Source: Eubacteriales bacterium (GTDB lineage Bacteria > Bacillota > Clostridia > Oscillospirales > CAG-272). From it: 64,000 nucleotides of DNA. Every line of letters starts with the position of its first letter. Position 1 is the stretch's first letter. The notes under the pieces were generated by a model. That model saw only the letters and a list, made by a program, of their open reading frames with translations. It was not told where the DNA came from and made no database searches. Below are positions 1 through 9,453 of the stretch, piece after piece. A program made the position numbers and the translations under genes. The DNA is taken from positions 7,247-71,246 of the forward strand of contig JBGVIN010000023.1 of NCBI GenBank assembly GCA_045123255.1, in the 5' to 3' direction.

Positions 1-50
1 TAATCGTAGATTCCTCGGCAAGCTCGGATGAAGTCGCTTCGCGGTTAATT
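1..50. repeat. Partial hairpin/linker array at the window edge
   Basis: The sequence reads atgaagt-cgcTTCgcg-gttaatt. Its reverse complement, cgcgaagcg-acttcat, matches the first unit of the array at 19980 (cgcgaagcg-acttaat). It is truncated by the window edge. Confidence 0.35.
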
Positions 51-55
51 TACAC

Positions 56-83
56 AAAAAGGGAACAAGCAAAGCCTGTTCCC
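56..83 (-). terminator. Rho-independent terminator of the metalloprotease gene
   Basis: Stem gggaaca/tgttccc, with an A-run at 56-60 on the plus strand (a T-run on the minus strand). Confidence 0.7.
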
Positions 84-115
84 TTAAATTTGATATTCGG
101 TTTTTTCGGTAGCAA

Positions 116-2989
116 TTATTTTGCACTTACGGTTATAGTTGCCGCGCCCTCTCCTAAGCTGTCAACCGTGAAGGTATAGCCAAGAGGTGTGCCAAGGTCG
201 TCCGTTACCGCGCCCAAGGTGTCACCGATTTCAAAAATATAACCGTTTTCGTTCTCTATAAGCTCGATAAGATTGTTTTCTGTGCCATATTTGTCGCTTG
301 GGTCGGTGTTCGTGTTATAAACGTCATAGTAAATTTCACCCTCGTATTCCTCGGAAAAAAGGGAAGCGTTAACGTGATAAACAAGGATGCCCTCGTTTTC
401 AAAGTAGCCGCCCATACCCGAATTTAATTCGCCGTTTGTGTAGTAAACGAGAATGTAATATTCCTGATATACGCCGAGTGAGGGGTCAAAATTGTTTGCA
501 ATTATTAAGGTGTCACCGTTTTTGGAAAACTCCTCAAGCGTTACGGTAATTTCAGTATCGGTTACAACCAAGCGTGAGGATTTAATCCAACCGAAATTGA
601 ATTTTGTGTAGGCGTTGTGGTCGCCAATTTCCGCATCCATAATATCGTTGCCGTCAAGAGGGGACGAGCCTGTGTATCCCGTGTCGTAATAGTCCTCGCT
701 ACCGAGAATATGTCCAAATTCGTGAATGAAGGTGTACGGATTTATAATCTCGGTGTTTGTGTAATCCTTGTTAAGCTCGATGTCCTCGTGAAGGAAGCTA
801 TATGATGCCCAAAGGTAATCGTTTGCGCTCACTCCGTCGTATTCGTAATAATAATCATTTGCGTCCGTATAGGTGTTCCAATATCTGTACGCCCAATAAA
901 AATCCGTTTCCTCGTCAATTTTAAGCGTTGTAACAAGCACAACCGCGTCGATTATTTGGTTTTCGTCGCTGTCAAACTCCGAAAGGTCCATTGTTTTCGA
1001 GAGGTAAGCAAGCGCCTCGTCCATTACCATTTGGTCACCGATAAGCTCGCCGTCCTGCTTTTGATTTGCATAATATGTGCTTGGCTTTGAGGGACGGAAC
1101 CATTCGTCCACCACGGTAATATCAAGCGTTAGCTGACCCATGCTTGATATGTAGTAATAATCGTAAACAGAGTAGTAGTCGGTTTTGCCGTCCTTATAAA
1201 ACGCTTTTTTGATGTTTTCTATATCGTAGCCGTACGTGCTAGCCTGTCTGTCGCTAAATTCAACGGGAATAACCAAAACGCTTGGTGAACCGACAGTTGG
1301 ACAGCCGTCGATGTAGTAGCCCTGGTCGGTTACGTCCTTTATCTTGTCAGCATCCGTAAAATCTATATCGTATATTCCGTCGCCGTCATCCTTCGGCAGA
1401 GACGCACCTGCGTTTGTTATTACGTTTTTGTTTTCCTCGGGCAAATTGCCACCCTCGTTATCGCCCGTGTTGCCACCGTCACCCTCGTCGCTTGCTTCAT
1501 AGTAAGCATCTACGTCAACGTAGTAAGCGCCCTCGTATTCATAGTAGCAAACGTCAACGAAAACGCCGTTTTTTGAATATAAATACCATGTGTCACCGTA
1601 TTCGTCAACCTCCTCACTGTCCTTTGAAAAGTCGGAAAACATTGCAAGATACCACCCGAATGCGGTTTCGCTGTCGCAAAGTGCGGAGTAGTAAACGCCG
1701 ATATAGCCGTCCTCGTCGTACGCTTCTATATAGTAATCGTTATTCGGCAAAAAGGGAATAACAAATCCTATATATTCATTGTAGGTTGATTTTTCCTCGG
1801 CGGTAAAGCCGTAATATAAATGCTCGCCGTCCGTTTCCCCACCGGGGTTTTCTCCGCCGTCGGGATTTTCATCTCCGCCGCTCTCGCTCGCCTCTTTATA
1901 CGCATCAACGTCAACGTAAGAAACGCCCTCGTATTCATAGTAGCAAATATCTATATAAACGTTGCCTCTTGAAAAGAGATACCAAACGTCGCCGTACTCG
2001 TCCTTTTCTTCACCGTCGCTTACGTATGAGGAATACGCCATAAGGTAGCCGTCAAATTCATCTCTACTTCCGCAAACGGCAGAGAGGTAAACACCGCGGT
2101 ATCCGTCCTCGTCGTAGCCCTCTACGTAGTAATCGTCAGTTGGCAAAAAGGGAATAACGAAGCCTACGTATTCATTGTAGGTTGATTTTTCATCGCTTGT
2201 AAATTCGTTATATATGTATTCGCCGTCCGTGCCGCTATCGGGATTTTCGGGTGTTACTGTGCCCGAGCTTTCTTGTCCTAAGTAAATAACGTCAATAGCT
2301 TCAACGTAGAGCCTGTCGTTTTTGTCAGCTCCGCTAACGGTAACGGTTATCTCGCCTACACCGCTATTTGAAGTAATTGTAAGCGTGTTGCCGCTTTGTG
2401 TCGGCGTGCTGCCGCCCGATACTGTTAGCTTACCGCTTCCGTTTTTACCGTCGGAGAAGGTGATAATTACGGATTTTATTTCGCATCCGTTTTTCGCCAC
2501 AACCGTAAGCGTGCCGCCGTTTTGGTAAATTCTTATCGCACCGCTATATAAAGCAGGCTCAGTGTTGGCACTACCCTTACCAAAGGTAACGAAAATATTG
2601 CTATCAAGCTTTATTTCCTTACCGCTTACAACGTCACCGTTTACACCCTTACCAATGCTTGCTGCCATTTCGTCGGCAGTTTTTGAAGCGGTGATTTCCA
2701 CTGTGCTCGGCGTGTCGCTCGGCTTGTCGGGGTCGTTTCCGTCGCCTGTATTTTCAGACCCTCCGCCCGTTCCGTCGCCTGTATTTGTATCGCCTGTTCC
2801 GCCGCCCTCGCCTGTGCTTGGCGTGTCACTCGGCTTGTCCGTATCGGTGCTATCCCCGCTCGGCTTTTCCGTATCGGTATTACCGCCCACGTCGGTTGAC
2901 GTGTCCGTGTCCGTGCCGCTCGGTACGCACGCGGCAAGCGTTGCCACCACCAAAAGCAGCACTAAAATTATGCCCAAAAGCTTTTTCAT
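116..2989 (-). CDS. Secreted lipoprotein, M6 (immune inhibitor A-like) zinc metalloprotease with tandem-repeat region
   Basis: ORF 116..3076 trimmed to the ATG at 2989 (GAGG about 6 nt upstream). N-terminus MKKLLGIILVLLLVVATLAAC is a signal peptide plus lipobox Cys. It has a G/T/D/S/P-rich linker and two 132-aa tandem repeats. The C-terminal half carries VLVIPVEFSD and HEFGHILG (HExxH) motifs typical of M6 peptidases. Confidence 0.8.
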   Translation of the reverse strand: MKKLLGIILVLLLVVATLAACVPSGTDTDTSTDVGGNTDTEKPSGDSTDTDKPSDTPSTGEGGGTGDTNTGDGTGGGSENTGDGNDPDKPSDTPSTVEITASKTADEMAASIGKGVNGDVVSGKEIKLDSNIFVTFGKGSANTEPALYSGAIRIYQNGGTLTVVAKNGCEIKSVIITFSDGKNGSGKLTVSGGSTPTQSGNTLTITSNSGVGEITVTVSGADKNDRLYVEAIDVIYLGQESSGTVTPENPDSGTDGEYIYNEFTSDEKSTYNEYVGFVIPFLPTDDYYVEGYDEDGYRGVYLSAVCGSRDEFDGYLMAYSSYVSDGEEKDEYGDVWYLFSRGNVYIDICYYEYEGVSYVDVDAYKEASESGGDENPDGGENPGGETDGEHLYYGFTAEEKSTYNEYIGFVIPFLPNNDYYIEAYDEDGYIGVYYSALCDSETAFGWYLAMFSDFSKDSEEVDEYGDTWYLYSKNGVFVDVCYYEYEGAYYVDVDAYYEASDEGDGGNTGDNEGGNLPEENKNVITNAGASLPKDDGDGIYDIDFTDADKIKDVTDQGYYIDGCPTVGSPSVLVIPVEFSDRQASTYGYDIENIKKAFYKDGKTDYYSVYDYYYISSMGQLTLDITVVDEWFRPSKPSTYYANQKQDGELIGDQMVMDEALAYLSKTMDLSEFDSDENQIIDAVVLVTTLKIDEETDFYWAYRYWNTYTDANDYYYEYDGVSANDYLWASYSFLHEDIELNKDYTNTEIINPYTFIHEFGHILGSEDYYDTGYTGSSPLDGNDIMDAEIGDHNAYTKFNFGWIKSSRLVVTDTEITVTLEEFSKNGDTLIIANNFDPSLGVYQEYYILVYYTNGELNSGMGGYFENEGILVYHVNASLFSEEYEGEIYYDVYNTNTDPSDKYGTENNLIELIENENGYIFEIGDTLGAVTDDLGTPLGYTFTVDSLGEGAATITVSAK
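1480..2240 (-). repeat. In-frame tandem duplication (2 x 396 nt) inside the metalloprotease gene
   Basis: The 18-mer cattgtaggttgattttt occurs at 1777 and 2173, a period of 396 nt (132 aa). The protein repeats run EKSTYNEY[VI]GFVIPFLP...YYEYEG..YVDVDAY. Confidence 0.85.
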
Positions 2990-3315
2990 AAAAACCTCAT
3001 TTCCGCCGCCCAAGCAGCCGCTTTTTGCACGCCACCCAAGCAACATTTTTCCGCGCCGTTTTCCCTCTCGGCGCATCTTACACCTAAATTATACCATACG
3101 CTAATTCGTTTTTCAAATAAAATATTAAAATTAAGAAGTGAACAAGCTAATAAATTGTTGATGTTAAAATATTTTTTATTTTGTAAGGGATTTGTTATAT
3201 ATGCCTTGCCTTGTTTGACAACAAATAAAAACGGTGAACATTTTTTATAGTTGAAAGACAACGAATTTTATGGTACACTGTCTTTATGAAGATACACAAA
3301 TGGGAGGAAGCTTTT

Positions 3316-4524
3316 ATGGATGGGTTTATTACAATGGCTGCATACGACACCACGGACGAAATAAAGGCAAAGGCTGATGTAGTGTGCTCAGGAAAAAACG
3401 ACGAGCAAACTTTTCAAAAAACAGTAGATGAATGTGTAAAGCAGGGGAAAAATATTTATTTATTCAATGGTACATACGTAATAGATGCGTTTTATGAGTT
3501 GAAGGATAATGGACCTAAATGTGCCGTTTGTTTCCCAAATTGCAAACGAGAAATATCTATATTTGGTCAAAATCTTACCTATGGAAAAAAGGGAAACGGC
3601 GTTATTTTTTACGTAACAAAGGAAGCACTTGATACCGTAGGTGACGAGGGCGCAGACGTTTTAAGAACGACGTGGACAGATTACGGGCTTGGTAATGGAT
3701 CGTGTTTGAGAATGGAGAATATTCAAATATTACTTTCTCACAATCAAAAGCCCGTTCGCTCTATTGATTTGAGAAGATGCGACCGTCCGGAATTAAAAAA
3801 CATTCGGTTAAATGCCTTTGGGGATATCAATGCAGGATTTGGAAATCCTCCTCCAATTGCAGTAAAAAATTGTATAGGACTAACTATGACTGACGGTAGC
3901 AACAATTCCTTCAGTAATTATACCAATGTGTTTGCCACGGGATTTTACGAAGGAATTCAAGTTGGCGGTGAGCATGTTGTTATGATCAACTGTGGCGCCA
4001 TTATGTGTTATTACGGGCATACGTTTGGAAATTATAAGCTGAATTGCGGTGCCAATCATCCAATCACTCTTATCAACTGTATGGATGAAAGAAATGTAAA
4101 TCTGCCACTCTTTAACGATTGTGGCGACGGTGACGGTCGCGGAGGCAGACTGCACGGTGAGCAGGAAGTAACTATGATAAGCTTTAATATTGAACGCTTG
4201 GCGGAGCAAACCCCCGGCGGTGTATTAGGCGACTTAATGCGTGAGGTCACTCCCGGTACCTTTAAGGGACAAATTGATTTTACAGCTCAACCTGCTTGGT
4301 GTCACACCAACGAAAAGAATTTTCAGCTTTGGGAGAATGACGGATCGGGAAAAGGCTTCAAGACAAGAAACAGCTGTCACAAGCTTGTTTGCGACACAAA
4401 AGAAAGATTAAGCTATTATCCGATGCTCGGTCAACAAATTTTCGATACCGACCTTAACAAAATGCTGATATGCATAGACCCTGCCACAAAGAAATGGGTC
4501 GATTTCAACGGCAACGAAATCTAA
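3316..4524 (+). CDS. Hypothetical protein, probable right-handed beta-helix (pectate-lyase fold), no signal peptide
   Basis: ORF 3286..4524. The preferred start is the ATG at 3316, preceded by GGGAGGAA. The N-terminal pattern DEQTFQKTVDECVKQGKNIYLFNGTYVI resembles the start of Pectate_lyase_3-type beta-helix proteins. The function is not established. Confidence 0.5.
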   Translation: MDGFITMAAYDTTDEIKAKADVVCSGKNDEQTFQKTVDECVKQGKNIYLFNGTYVIDAFYELKDNGPKCAVCFPNCKREISIFGQNLTYGKKGNGVIFYVTKEALDTVGDEGADVLRTTWTDYGLGNGSCLRMENIQILLSHNQKPVRSIDLRRCDRPELKNIRLNAFGDINAGFGNPPPIAVKNCIGLTMTDGSNNSFSNYTNVFATGFYEGIQVGGEHVVMINCGAIMCYYGHTFGNYKLNCGANHPITLINCMDERNVNLPLFNDCGDGDGRGGRLHGEQEVTMISFNIERLAEQTPGGVLGDLMREVTPGTFKGQIDFTAQPAWCHTNEKNFQLWENDGSGKGFKTRNSCHKLVCDTKERLSYYPMLGQQIFDTDLNKMLICIDPATKKWVDFNGNEI

Positions 4525-4631
4525 GAGAATACATTTTAATTTATTCCATTTTGTCAAAAATGGTGTTAAGGCTGGTATAACAAAAGGCGTTAAGCTCACT
4601 ACCAAGAAAAGCACAGACTTAAAGCAGAAAT

Positions 4632-4666
4632 AAAAAGACCAGCCCTTAATTGAGCTGGTCTTTTTT
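4632..4666. terminator. Bidirectional terminator between convergent genes
   Basis: aaaaa-gaccagc-(loop)-gctggtc-tttttt. Confidence 0.8.
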
Positions 4667-4745
4667 GTAAAATTATCAGTATATATTTTTTGACTATATG
4701 ATTTTCAACACTATTAAACTTGATTTCTATCATAACAACGAAAAA

Positions 4746-6221
4746 CTATATTTTAAACACACTTTGACCCTTTGGTACATCTATTTCGACAGGGTACCAA
4801 AGGTACTTTGTTACCACCTTCAGCTTAAATGGCTTTTGTGCTTCCACCTTTACGGTGGTTTGCCCCTTAAATGGATGGTATTCGGTGCATACTATGCTTA
4901 CAAGATTGGAATTAAAAATCATATTTTCTATTCCGCATTTTTCACGGTTGTTTAGGTGGAAGGTGACTTGATTTTTATGTGCATCAAATTCAAGACCGAT
5001 AATGTTTTCAATAAGCATAGTTATTGGCGCAATTCCACTCCAGCCTACAAATTCGTCACGGGACAGCGTGTTATATTCAGTGGTGGCGGGGCGATAAGCG
5101 TCCGGGGCATAGCATTCCCAAATGCTGCCGTACGCTACATCGTTTGCAACCTTGCACATGCCGTCAAGATACTTTATGGCAGCTTCCCTTGCGTATTCGT
5201 GATATCCGTTTTTACAAAGTCCCTTTATAGCGCACAGGTTAGTTGGCGCCCATACTCCGCCAAGCCAATAGCCACCGGCAGTATCGTAATTTGGGTCATC
5301 CTTTGACAGTGTGGCAAAGGGGATTTTTGTGTAAAATTCGTTTTCGTTCATCATGTGCGCTACTACCGAGCGAAGTCTTTCGCCATATGCAACCCCTGAT
5401 ACAAGTGTCCAAAAGGTGGCGGCAGTTTTTGAGTTTATAAACTTAACCCTATCGCCTTTCCATGTGCGGGTAAAGAAATTAAAATACCAACCTGCTTTTT
5501 CGCTATAATGAAGCTTGTTTATGTTGTCGCAAATGCGCACGTGCTCATTTTCATAATGCTCCGCCTTTTCATTTAAGCCAAGCTGACTACATATATAAGA
5601 TATACAAAGGGCACTAAGTGATTGCTGACAGGCAAGGTCAACAAAGCAAGTGTCACTTCCGTCAACGTGCTTAGCTCCATATCCACTAACAGGGGAATTA
5701 TCCATTCCGCTGGAGCCTGTATCTTCAAAATAGTAAAGGTCGCAGCTTTCTCTTTTTCTATTTTTCTCAATAAAATTATAAATCCCCTCAAGTGCAGGCA
5801 AGACGCGCTCAAAGCGTGAGGAGTCACCCGAAATCAAATAGTGCTCCCATTCTGCCCAAGCCATAAGAGGCGGGTTTATTCTATCGCCATAAGTAGGCTC
5901 GCCATCATCAAGGTTATACGCCATAGCCATAAAGCCATCGTTCTTGCGCCTTAGCATATATAGATTGTCAAGATTATTCAAAGCACTTAATGTGCCGTTT
6001 GAATAATTGGTAATAAAGGTCATTATGCAGGAGTCCCATTGCCACATGATGCCCACTCCGGGCATACAGGTTAAAATGTCCTTCCAGCCATCCTTTTCTA
6101 TATATTCCACATTTTTAAAGGCAAGCTCCCAGGCTTGATAGTAAAGATTTATAAAGTCATCACGTCCATCTAAAATAGGACGGGGCAAGCTTTCCTTGTT
6201 GTAAATATAGCGGTTTTCCAT
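4746..6221 (-). CDS. Six-hairpin (alpha/alpha)6 glycoside hydrolase, GH63/MGH1/trehalase-like
   Basis: A 491-aa ORF with AAAGGAG upstream. Overall resemblance to cytoplasmic (alpha/alpha)6-barrel glycosidases (WQWDSCIMTF, GGYWLGGVWAPTN). Family assignment is from memory only. Confidence 0.6.
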   Translation of the reverse strand: MENRYIYNKESLPRPILDGRDDFINLYYQAWELAFKNVEYIEKDGWKDILTCMPGVGIMWQWDSCIMTFITNYSNGTLSALNNLDNLYMLRRKNDGFMAMAYNLDDGEPTYGDRINPPLMAWAEWEHYLISGDSSRFERVLPALEGIYNFIEKNRKRESCDLYYFEDTGSSGMDNSPVSGYGAKHVDGSDTCFVDLACQQSLSALCISYICSQLGLNEKAEHYENEHVRICDNINKLHYSEKAGWYFNFFTRTWKGDRVKFINSKTAATFWTLVSGVAYGERLRSVVAHMMNENEFYTKIPFATLSKDDPNYDTAGGYWLGGVWAPTNLCAIKGLCKNGYHEYAREAAIKYLDGMCKVANDVAYGSIWECYAPDAYRPATTEYNTLSRDEFVGWSGIAPITMLIENIIGLEFDAHKNQVTFHLNNREKCGIENMIFNSNLVSIVCTEYHPFKGQTTVKVEAQKPFKLKVVTKYLWYPVEIDVPKGQSVFKI

Positions 6222-6475
6222 ATTCGCTCCTTTAAGGTTTATACCTTGATTTTACCACACCGCCACGCTTTTTGCAATAAAAAAAGGGAATCGGTTTCCC
6301 AAATTCCCTTTATGTATTAAATATAAAAAGATTTCAACCCGAGTGACGTTTCCATCGAGTTCCTGTAAACAAAGTACAGGCATTGGCTGAAATCTTGATA
6401 TTATTATATACCACAAAATGAACTTTGTCAACACCAAAATAAAAGGGCAGAAAATTCTGCCCTATGTATTTTATA

Positions 6476-6529
6476 TTACTTCTTGAAGTATCTGTTGAGC
6501 AAACCTTCAAAAGCTTTTCCGTGTCTTGC
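6476..6529 (-). pseudogene. Orphan rubrerythrin 3'-end remnant (copy A)
   Basis: The minus strand reads [17 protein letters not shown], matching the last 16 residues of the intact rubrerythrin at 8459..9004. It has no upstream coding body. Confidence 0.75.
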
Positions 6530-6592
6530 CTTGCTATTGAAATTCTCTTGGCTTAGTGCTATAATATAACAAAAGACTATTAAGGAGTTTTT

Positions 6593-7621
6593 ATGAAAGC
6601 AAAGCAAAGTGTTTTTCCAAGGTGGCGTGGATTTAATCTGCTTGGAATGTTTTGCTCCGAAACCTCGGAGTATAGAGATTTTCGTTCTCCGGGGTACTAT
6701 ACCGAAGAGGACTTTAAAATGATACGTGATTGGGGATTTGACTTTGTCCGTTTGCCCCTTTCGTATAGACTTTGGAGCGATGTGAACAATCCATACGAAA
6801 TTGAAGAAAGCAAAATCGCACCGCTTGATGAGGCGGTTTATTTTTCGGAAAAATATGGACTACATACAAATATAGCAATGCATCGATTACCTGGTTATTG
6901 TGTAAATCAAGATGAGAAAATCGAGGAAAAGGAAAGCTTGTGGACAGACAAGAATATGCTTGACGCGTCCGCTTATCAATGGGCGGAAATTGCAAAAAGA
7001 TACAAAGGCATATCCTCTGACAAGCTGAGCTTTAATGTTATAAACGAACCCGATAGAAACATTACTTCTGCGCAATATAAGGCAGTTAGCGAGCGAGTTA
7101 TCAATGATGTGCGAAAAATATCCCCTGATAGACTTTTTATACTTGACGGTATTTGTTACGGGGATATTCCACCGGTTGATGCTATGAGGTATTTTGAAAA
7201 CTGTGGATATAGCTGTCGAGGCTATGAGCCAAGAAGATTAACTCACTATTTTGGTGGGGAAAATGAGGAAAAGCCAAAATGGCCCGATATGAGAAGATTT
7301 GACAATAACGGAGATTTTACGCTTCGTGACAGAGCCGACCTTGAACAGTTTTTCGGTATGTGGGCGGACCTTTCACAACGGCTAAACGTTGGAGTGCATT
7401 GTGGCGAAATGGCAGTATATCATAAATGCCCACACGATACCGCAATGCGTTGGCTTGAGGATACCTTGGATGTGCTAAAGTCATATAATATCGGCTGGGC
7501 TTTCTGGAACTTGCGTGGAAAGTTCGGTATTATGGATAATGGAAGAAGCGATATAGAAATGACCGACTTTCACGGCCACAAATTAGACATAAAAATGTTA
7601 AAGCTCCTACAAAAATATTAA
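6593..7621 (+). CDS. Glycoside hydrolase family 5 (cellulase/mannanase-type), no signal peptide
   Basis: A 342-aa ORF with AAGGAG upstream. The GH5 acid/base motif FNVINEPD is present, and the nucleophile region is GVHCGEMAVY. Confidence 0.75.
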   Translation: MKAKQSVFPRWRGFNLLGMFCSETSEYRDFRSPGYYTEEDFKMIRDWGFDFVRLPLSYRLWSDVNNPYEIEESKIAPLDEAVYFSEKYGLHTNIAMHRLPGYCVNQDEKIEEKESLWTDKNMLDASAYQWAEIAKRYKGISSDKLSFNVINEPDRNITSAQYKAVSERVINDVRKISPDRLFILDGICYGDIPPVDAMRYFENCGYSCRGYEPRRLTHYFGGENEEKPKWPDMRRFDNNGDFTLRDRADLEQFFGMWADLSQRLNVGVHCGEMAVYHKCPHDTAMRWLEDTLDVLKSYNIGWAFWNLRGKFGIMDNGRSDIEMTDFHGHKLDIKMLKLLQKY

Positions 7622-7626
7622 CCTTC

Positions 7627-7657
7627 GCCCTGTTAACTCCTCTTAACAGGGCTTTTT
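7627..7657 (+). terminator. Terminator of the GH5 gene
   Basis: gccctgttaa-(loop)-ttaacagggc followed by ttttt. Confidence 0.8.
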
Positions 7658-7675
7658 CATAAAAATGCAAGAGCT

Positions 7676-7850
7676 AAAATTCCATAAAAATTCCATATTT
7701 TTGTGGAAAAAGTGCAACAAAAAAGGGAACAAGTCAGACCTGCTCCCTCTTATGTATTAAGTTCTAAAAATCCTTGTGCTGTAAGGCTTTACAATATTAT
7801 TTAAAGTATCTATTAAGAAGTCCTTCAAATGCCTTGCCGTGTCTTGCCTC
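7676..7850. repeat. Direct repeat copy B (rubrerythrin 3' end + 3' UTR hairpin + terminator + ttccat region)
   Basis: About 80-85% identical by eye to 8339..8512 along its whole length. It contains the remnant at 7797..7850. Confidence 0.8.
7797..7850 (-). pseudogene. Orphan rubrerythrin 3'-end remnant (copy B)
   Basis: The minus strand reads [17 protein letters not shown], identical to the C-terminus of the intact gene. It overlaps the stop codon of the 121-aa ORF in another frame. Confidence 0.8.
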
Positions 7851-8214
7851 ATTCCTTGCATTTGCCATCCATAAAAAGCAGTACATCCTTGATTGCTTCC
7901 TCTGTGTCTGAAGGGTGCCAATGCGTGTAGGTGCCATCATTTTTATCTACATCAAAAACGATATATAACCCGTTATCATATAGAAAAAATTTTCCTACCG
8001 ATGATTCGCCACATAGAACTTGAAAATCTTCACCATAGTCTTCCTCTCCGTTTTCCAAGGCGAATGTATTTGTTAAAACTACAGGATATTTGCTCTTGAC
8101 TTGGCGGTACACCTTGTTTATATCCAGTTTTGTTCGCTCTGCCATATAACGATTAATTCTTTGACTAAAATCAGCAACATCCGCATTGGCTCTATCCAAA
8201 AAATCTTTTTCCAT
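7849..8214 (-). CDS. Hypothetical 121-aa protein
   Basis: An ORF with GGGGGG upstream of the ATG. It sits between two copies of the rubrerythrin 3' module. I recognise no family. Confidence 0.55.
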   Translation of the reverse strand: MEKDFLDRANADVADFSQRINRYMAERTKLDINKVYRQVKSKYPVVLTNTFALENGEEDYGEDFQVLCGESSVGKFFLYDNGLYIVFDVDKNDGTYTHWHPSDTEEAIKDVLLFMDGKCKE

Positions 8215-8338
8215 AAATTACCCCCCAAAAAACCTATTCATCAACTAAATTATACAATAAAACTGAATATATTTCAACTAAAAACTTTCCAAAATTTTAA
8301 TTTCCACTTTTTGCGCTTTTTCAAAAATCGACACATCT

Positions 8339-8512
8339 AAAATTCCATAAAAATTCCACTATTTTGTGGAAAAATAAGCAATTTAAGCAAACAAAAAGGG
8401 AACAGATTTTTCTGTCCCCTATGTATCAAAAGTCCTTGTGCTGTAAGGCTTTACAGGATTATTTGAAGTATCTATTCAAAAGTCCCTCAAATGCTTTTCC
8501 GTGTCTTGCCTC
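8339..8512. repeat. Direct repeat copy C (functional 3' end and terminator of rubrerythrin)
   Basis: Parent copy of the repeats at 7676..7850 and 6437..6530. Confidence 0.8.
8393..8419 (-). terminator. Terminator of rubrerythrin
   Basis: The minus strand reads ggggacag-aaaaat-ctgttccc followed by ttttt. Confidence 0.65.
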
Positions 8513-9004
8513 GTCGCGTGCCATTTCGTGAACGGTGTCGTGGATTGCGTCGAGGTTAAGCTCCTTTGCGCGCTTTGCAAGGTCGAACTTGCCCATTGTT
8601 GCGCCGTTTTCTGCTTCAACTCTCATTTCGAGGTTCTTCTTTGTTGAGTCTGTTACAACCTCGCCGAGAAGCTCTGCAAACTTTGCAGCGTGCTCAGCCT
8701 CTTCCCAAGCTGCCTTTTCCCAGTAAAGACCTATCTCAGGGTAGCCCTCACGGTGTGCAACTCTTGCCATTGCAAGGTACATACCAACCTCTGTGCATTC
8801 GCCCATATAGTTAGCGCGAAGGTCCATAATGATGTCCTCTCTTGCACCTTGTGCAACACCTACAACGTGTTCAGCAGCCCAATAACGGTTTTCCTCTACA
8901 ACCTCGTTGAACTTTTCAGCAGGAACCTTGCATTGTGGGCATCTTTCAGGAGCGCTATCTCCCTCGTGAACGTAACCGCAAACAGAACATACAAACTTTT
9001 TCAT
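8459..9004 (-). CDS. rbr: Reverse rubrerythrin (N-terminal rubredoxin-like CxxC...CxxC domain + ferritin-like diiron domain)
   Basis: N-terminus [28 protein letters not shown] is followed by the diiron ExxH motifs EEAEHAAKF and [18 protein letters not shown] is upstream. Confidence 0.9.
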   Translation of the reverse strand: MKKFVCSVCGYVHEGDSAPERCPQCKVPAEKFNEVVEENRYWAAEHVVGVAQGAREDIIMDLRANYMGECTEVGMYLAMARVAHREGYPEIGLYWEKAAWEEAEHAAKFAELLGEVVTDSTKKNLEMRVEAENGATMGKFDLAKRAKELNLDAIHDTVHEMARDEARHGKAFEGLLNRYFK

Positions 9005-9045
9005 AATTTTTTAACTCCTTATATAAATAAAATTTTTTAACTTTT

Positions 9046-9420
9046 TTAGTGTGCAAGCTTTGCACAGTCGCTACATAAGCCGTAGCAAACAAGCCTTTCG
9101 GTATTTACTCTAAATCCCGATTTCTTCATTTCCTCAGTCATACCACTCGGCATATCAAAATCAAAAATGCCCTTGCAGCCGTGACAGACAAAGTGCGCGT
9201 GGTCAGCTATAAATCCATCGTAGAAAACGCATTTATCACTCGTTTCAACCGATATAATTTCACCACTTTCTATGAGTGCGCCAAGGTTTCTATACACCGT
9301 GCCAAGCGAAATGCTTGGAATTTTTTCCCTAACTGCATCATATATTTGAATTGCGCTGTAATGCTGACGCCTTGAACGAAGAAATTCGAGTATCGCCGTT
9401 TTTTGCTTTGTTTCTCTCAT
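9046..9420 (-). CDS. perR: Fur-family repressor, PerR-like
   Basis: A 124-aa protein with the winged-helix segment LGTVYRNL. Metal ligands HAHFVCHGC and CYGLCSDC are present. It lies upstream of, and is co-oriented with, rubrerythrin. Confidence 0.85.
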   Translation of the reverse strand: MRETKQKTAILEFLRSRRQHYSAIQIYDAVREKIPSISLGTVYRNLGALIESGEIISVETSDKCVFYDGFIADHAHFVCHGCKGIFDFDMPSGMTEEMKKSGFRVNTERLVCYGLCSDCAKLAH

Positions 9421-9440
9421 TTTCGTTCACCATCCTTATC

Positions 9441-9453
9441 AGTAATGATTACT
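9441..9453. promoter_or_regulatory. Candidate Fur/PerR box
   Basis: A perfect 6-1-6 inverted repeat, AGTAAT-g-ATTACT, lies about 20 nt upstream of the perR start. It resembles the AT-rich 7-1-7 Per/Fur box architecture. Confidence 0.4.

Noticed and set aside
2562-3104. Long antisense and overlapping ORFs across the metalloprotease linker (2562..3104, 2641..2937, 2785..2991, 1414..1761).
   Set aside because: They are a low-complexity mirror of the G/T/D/S/P-rich coding strand. They lack an RBS and overlap a gene with clear motifs.
7702-7710. TGTGGAAAA (the reverse complement of the local DnaA box TTTTCCACA) here and at 8365..8373 as extra DnaA-binding sites.
   Set aside because: There is a single box per repeat copy, 24 kb from oriC, within AT-rich sequence where such 9-mers are not very improbable. 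It is noted only as part of the rubrerythrin repeat.
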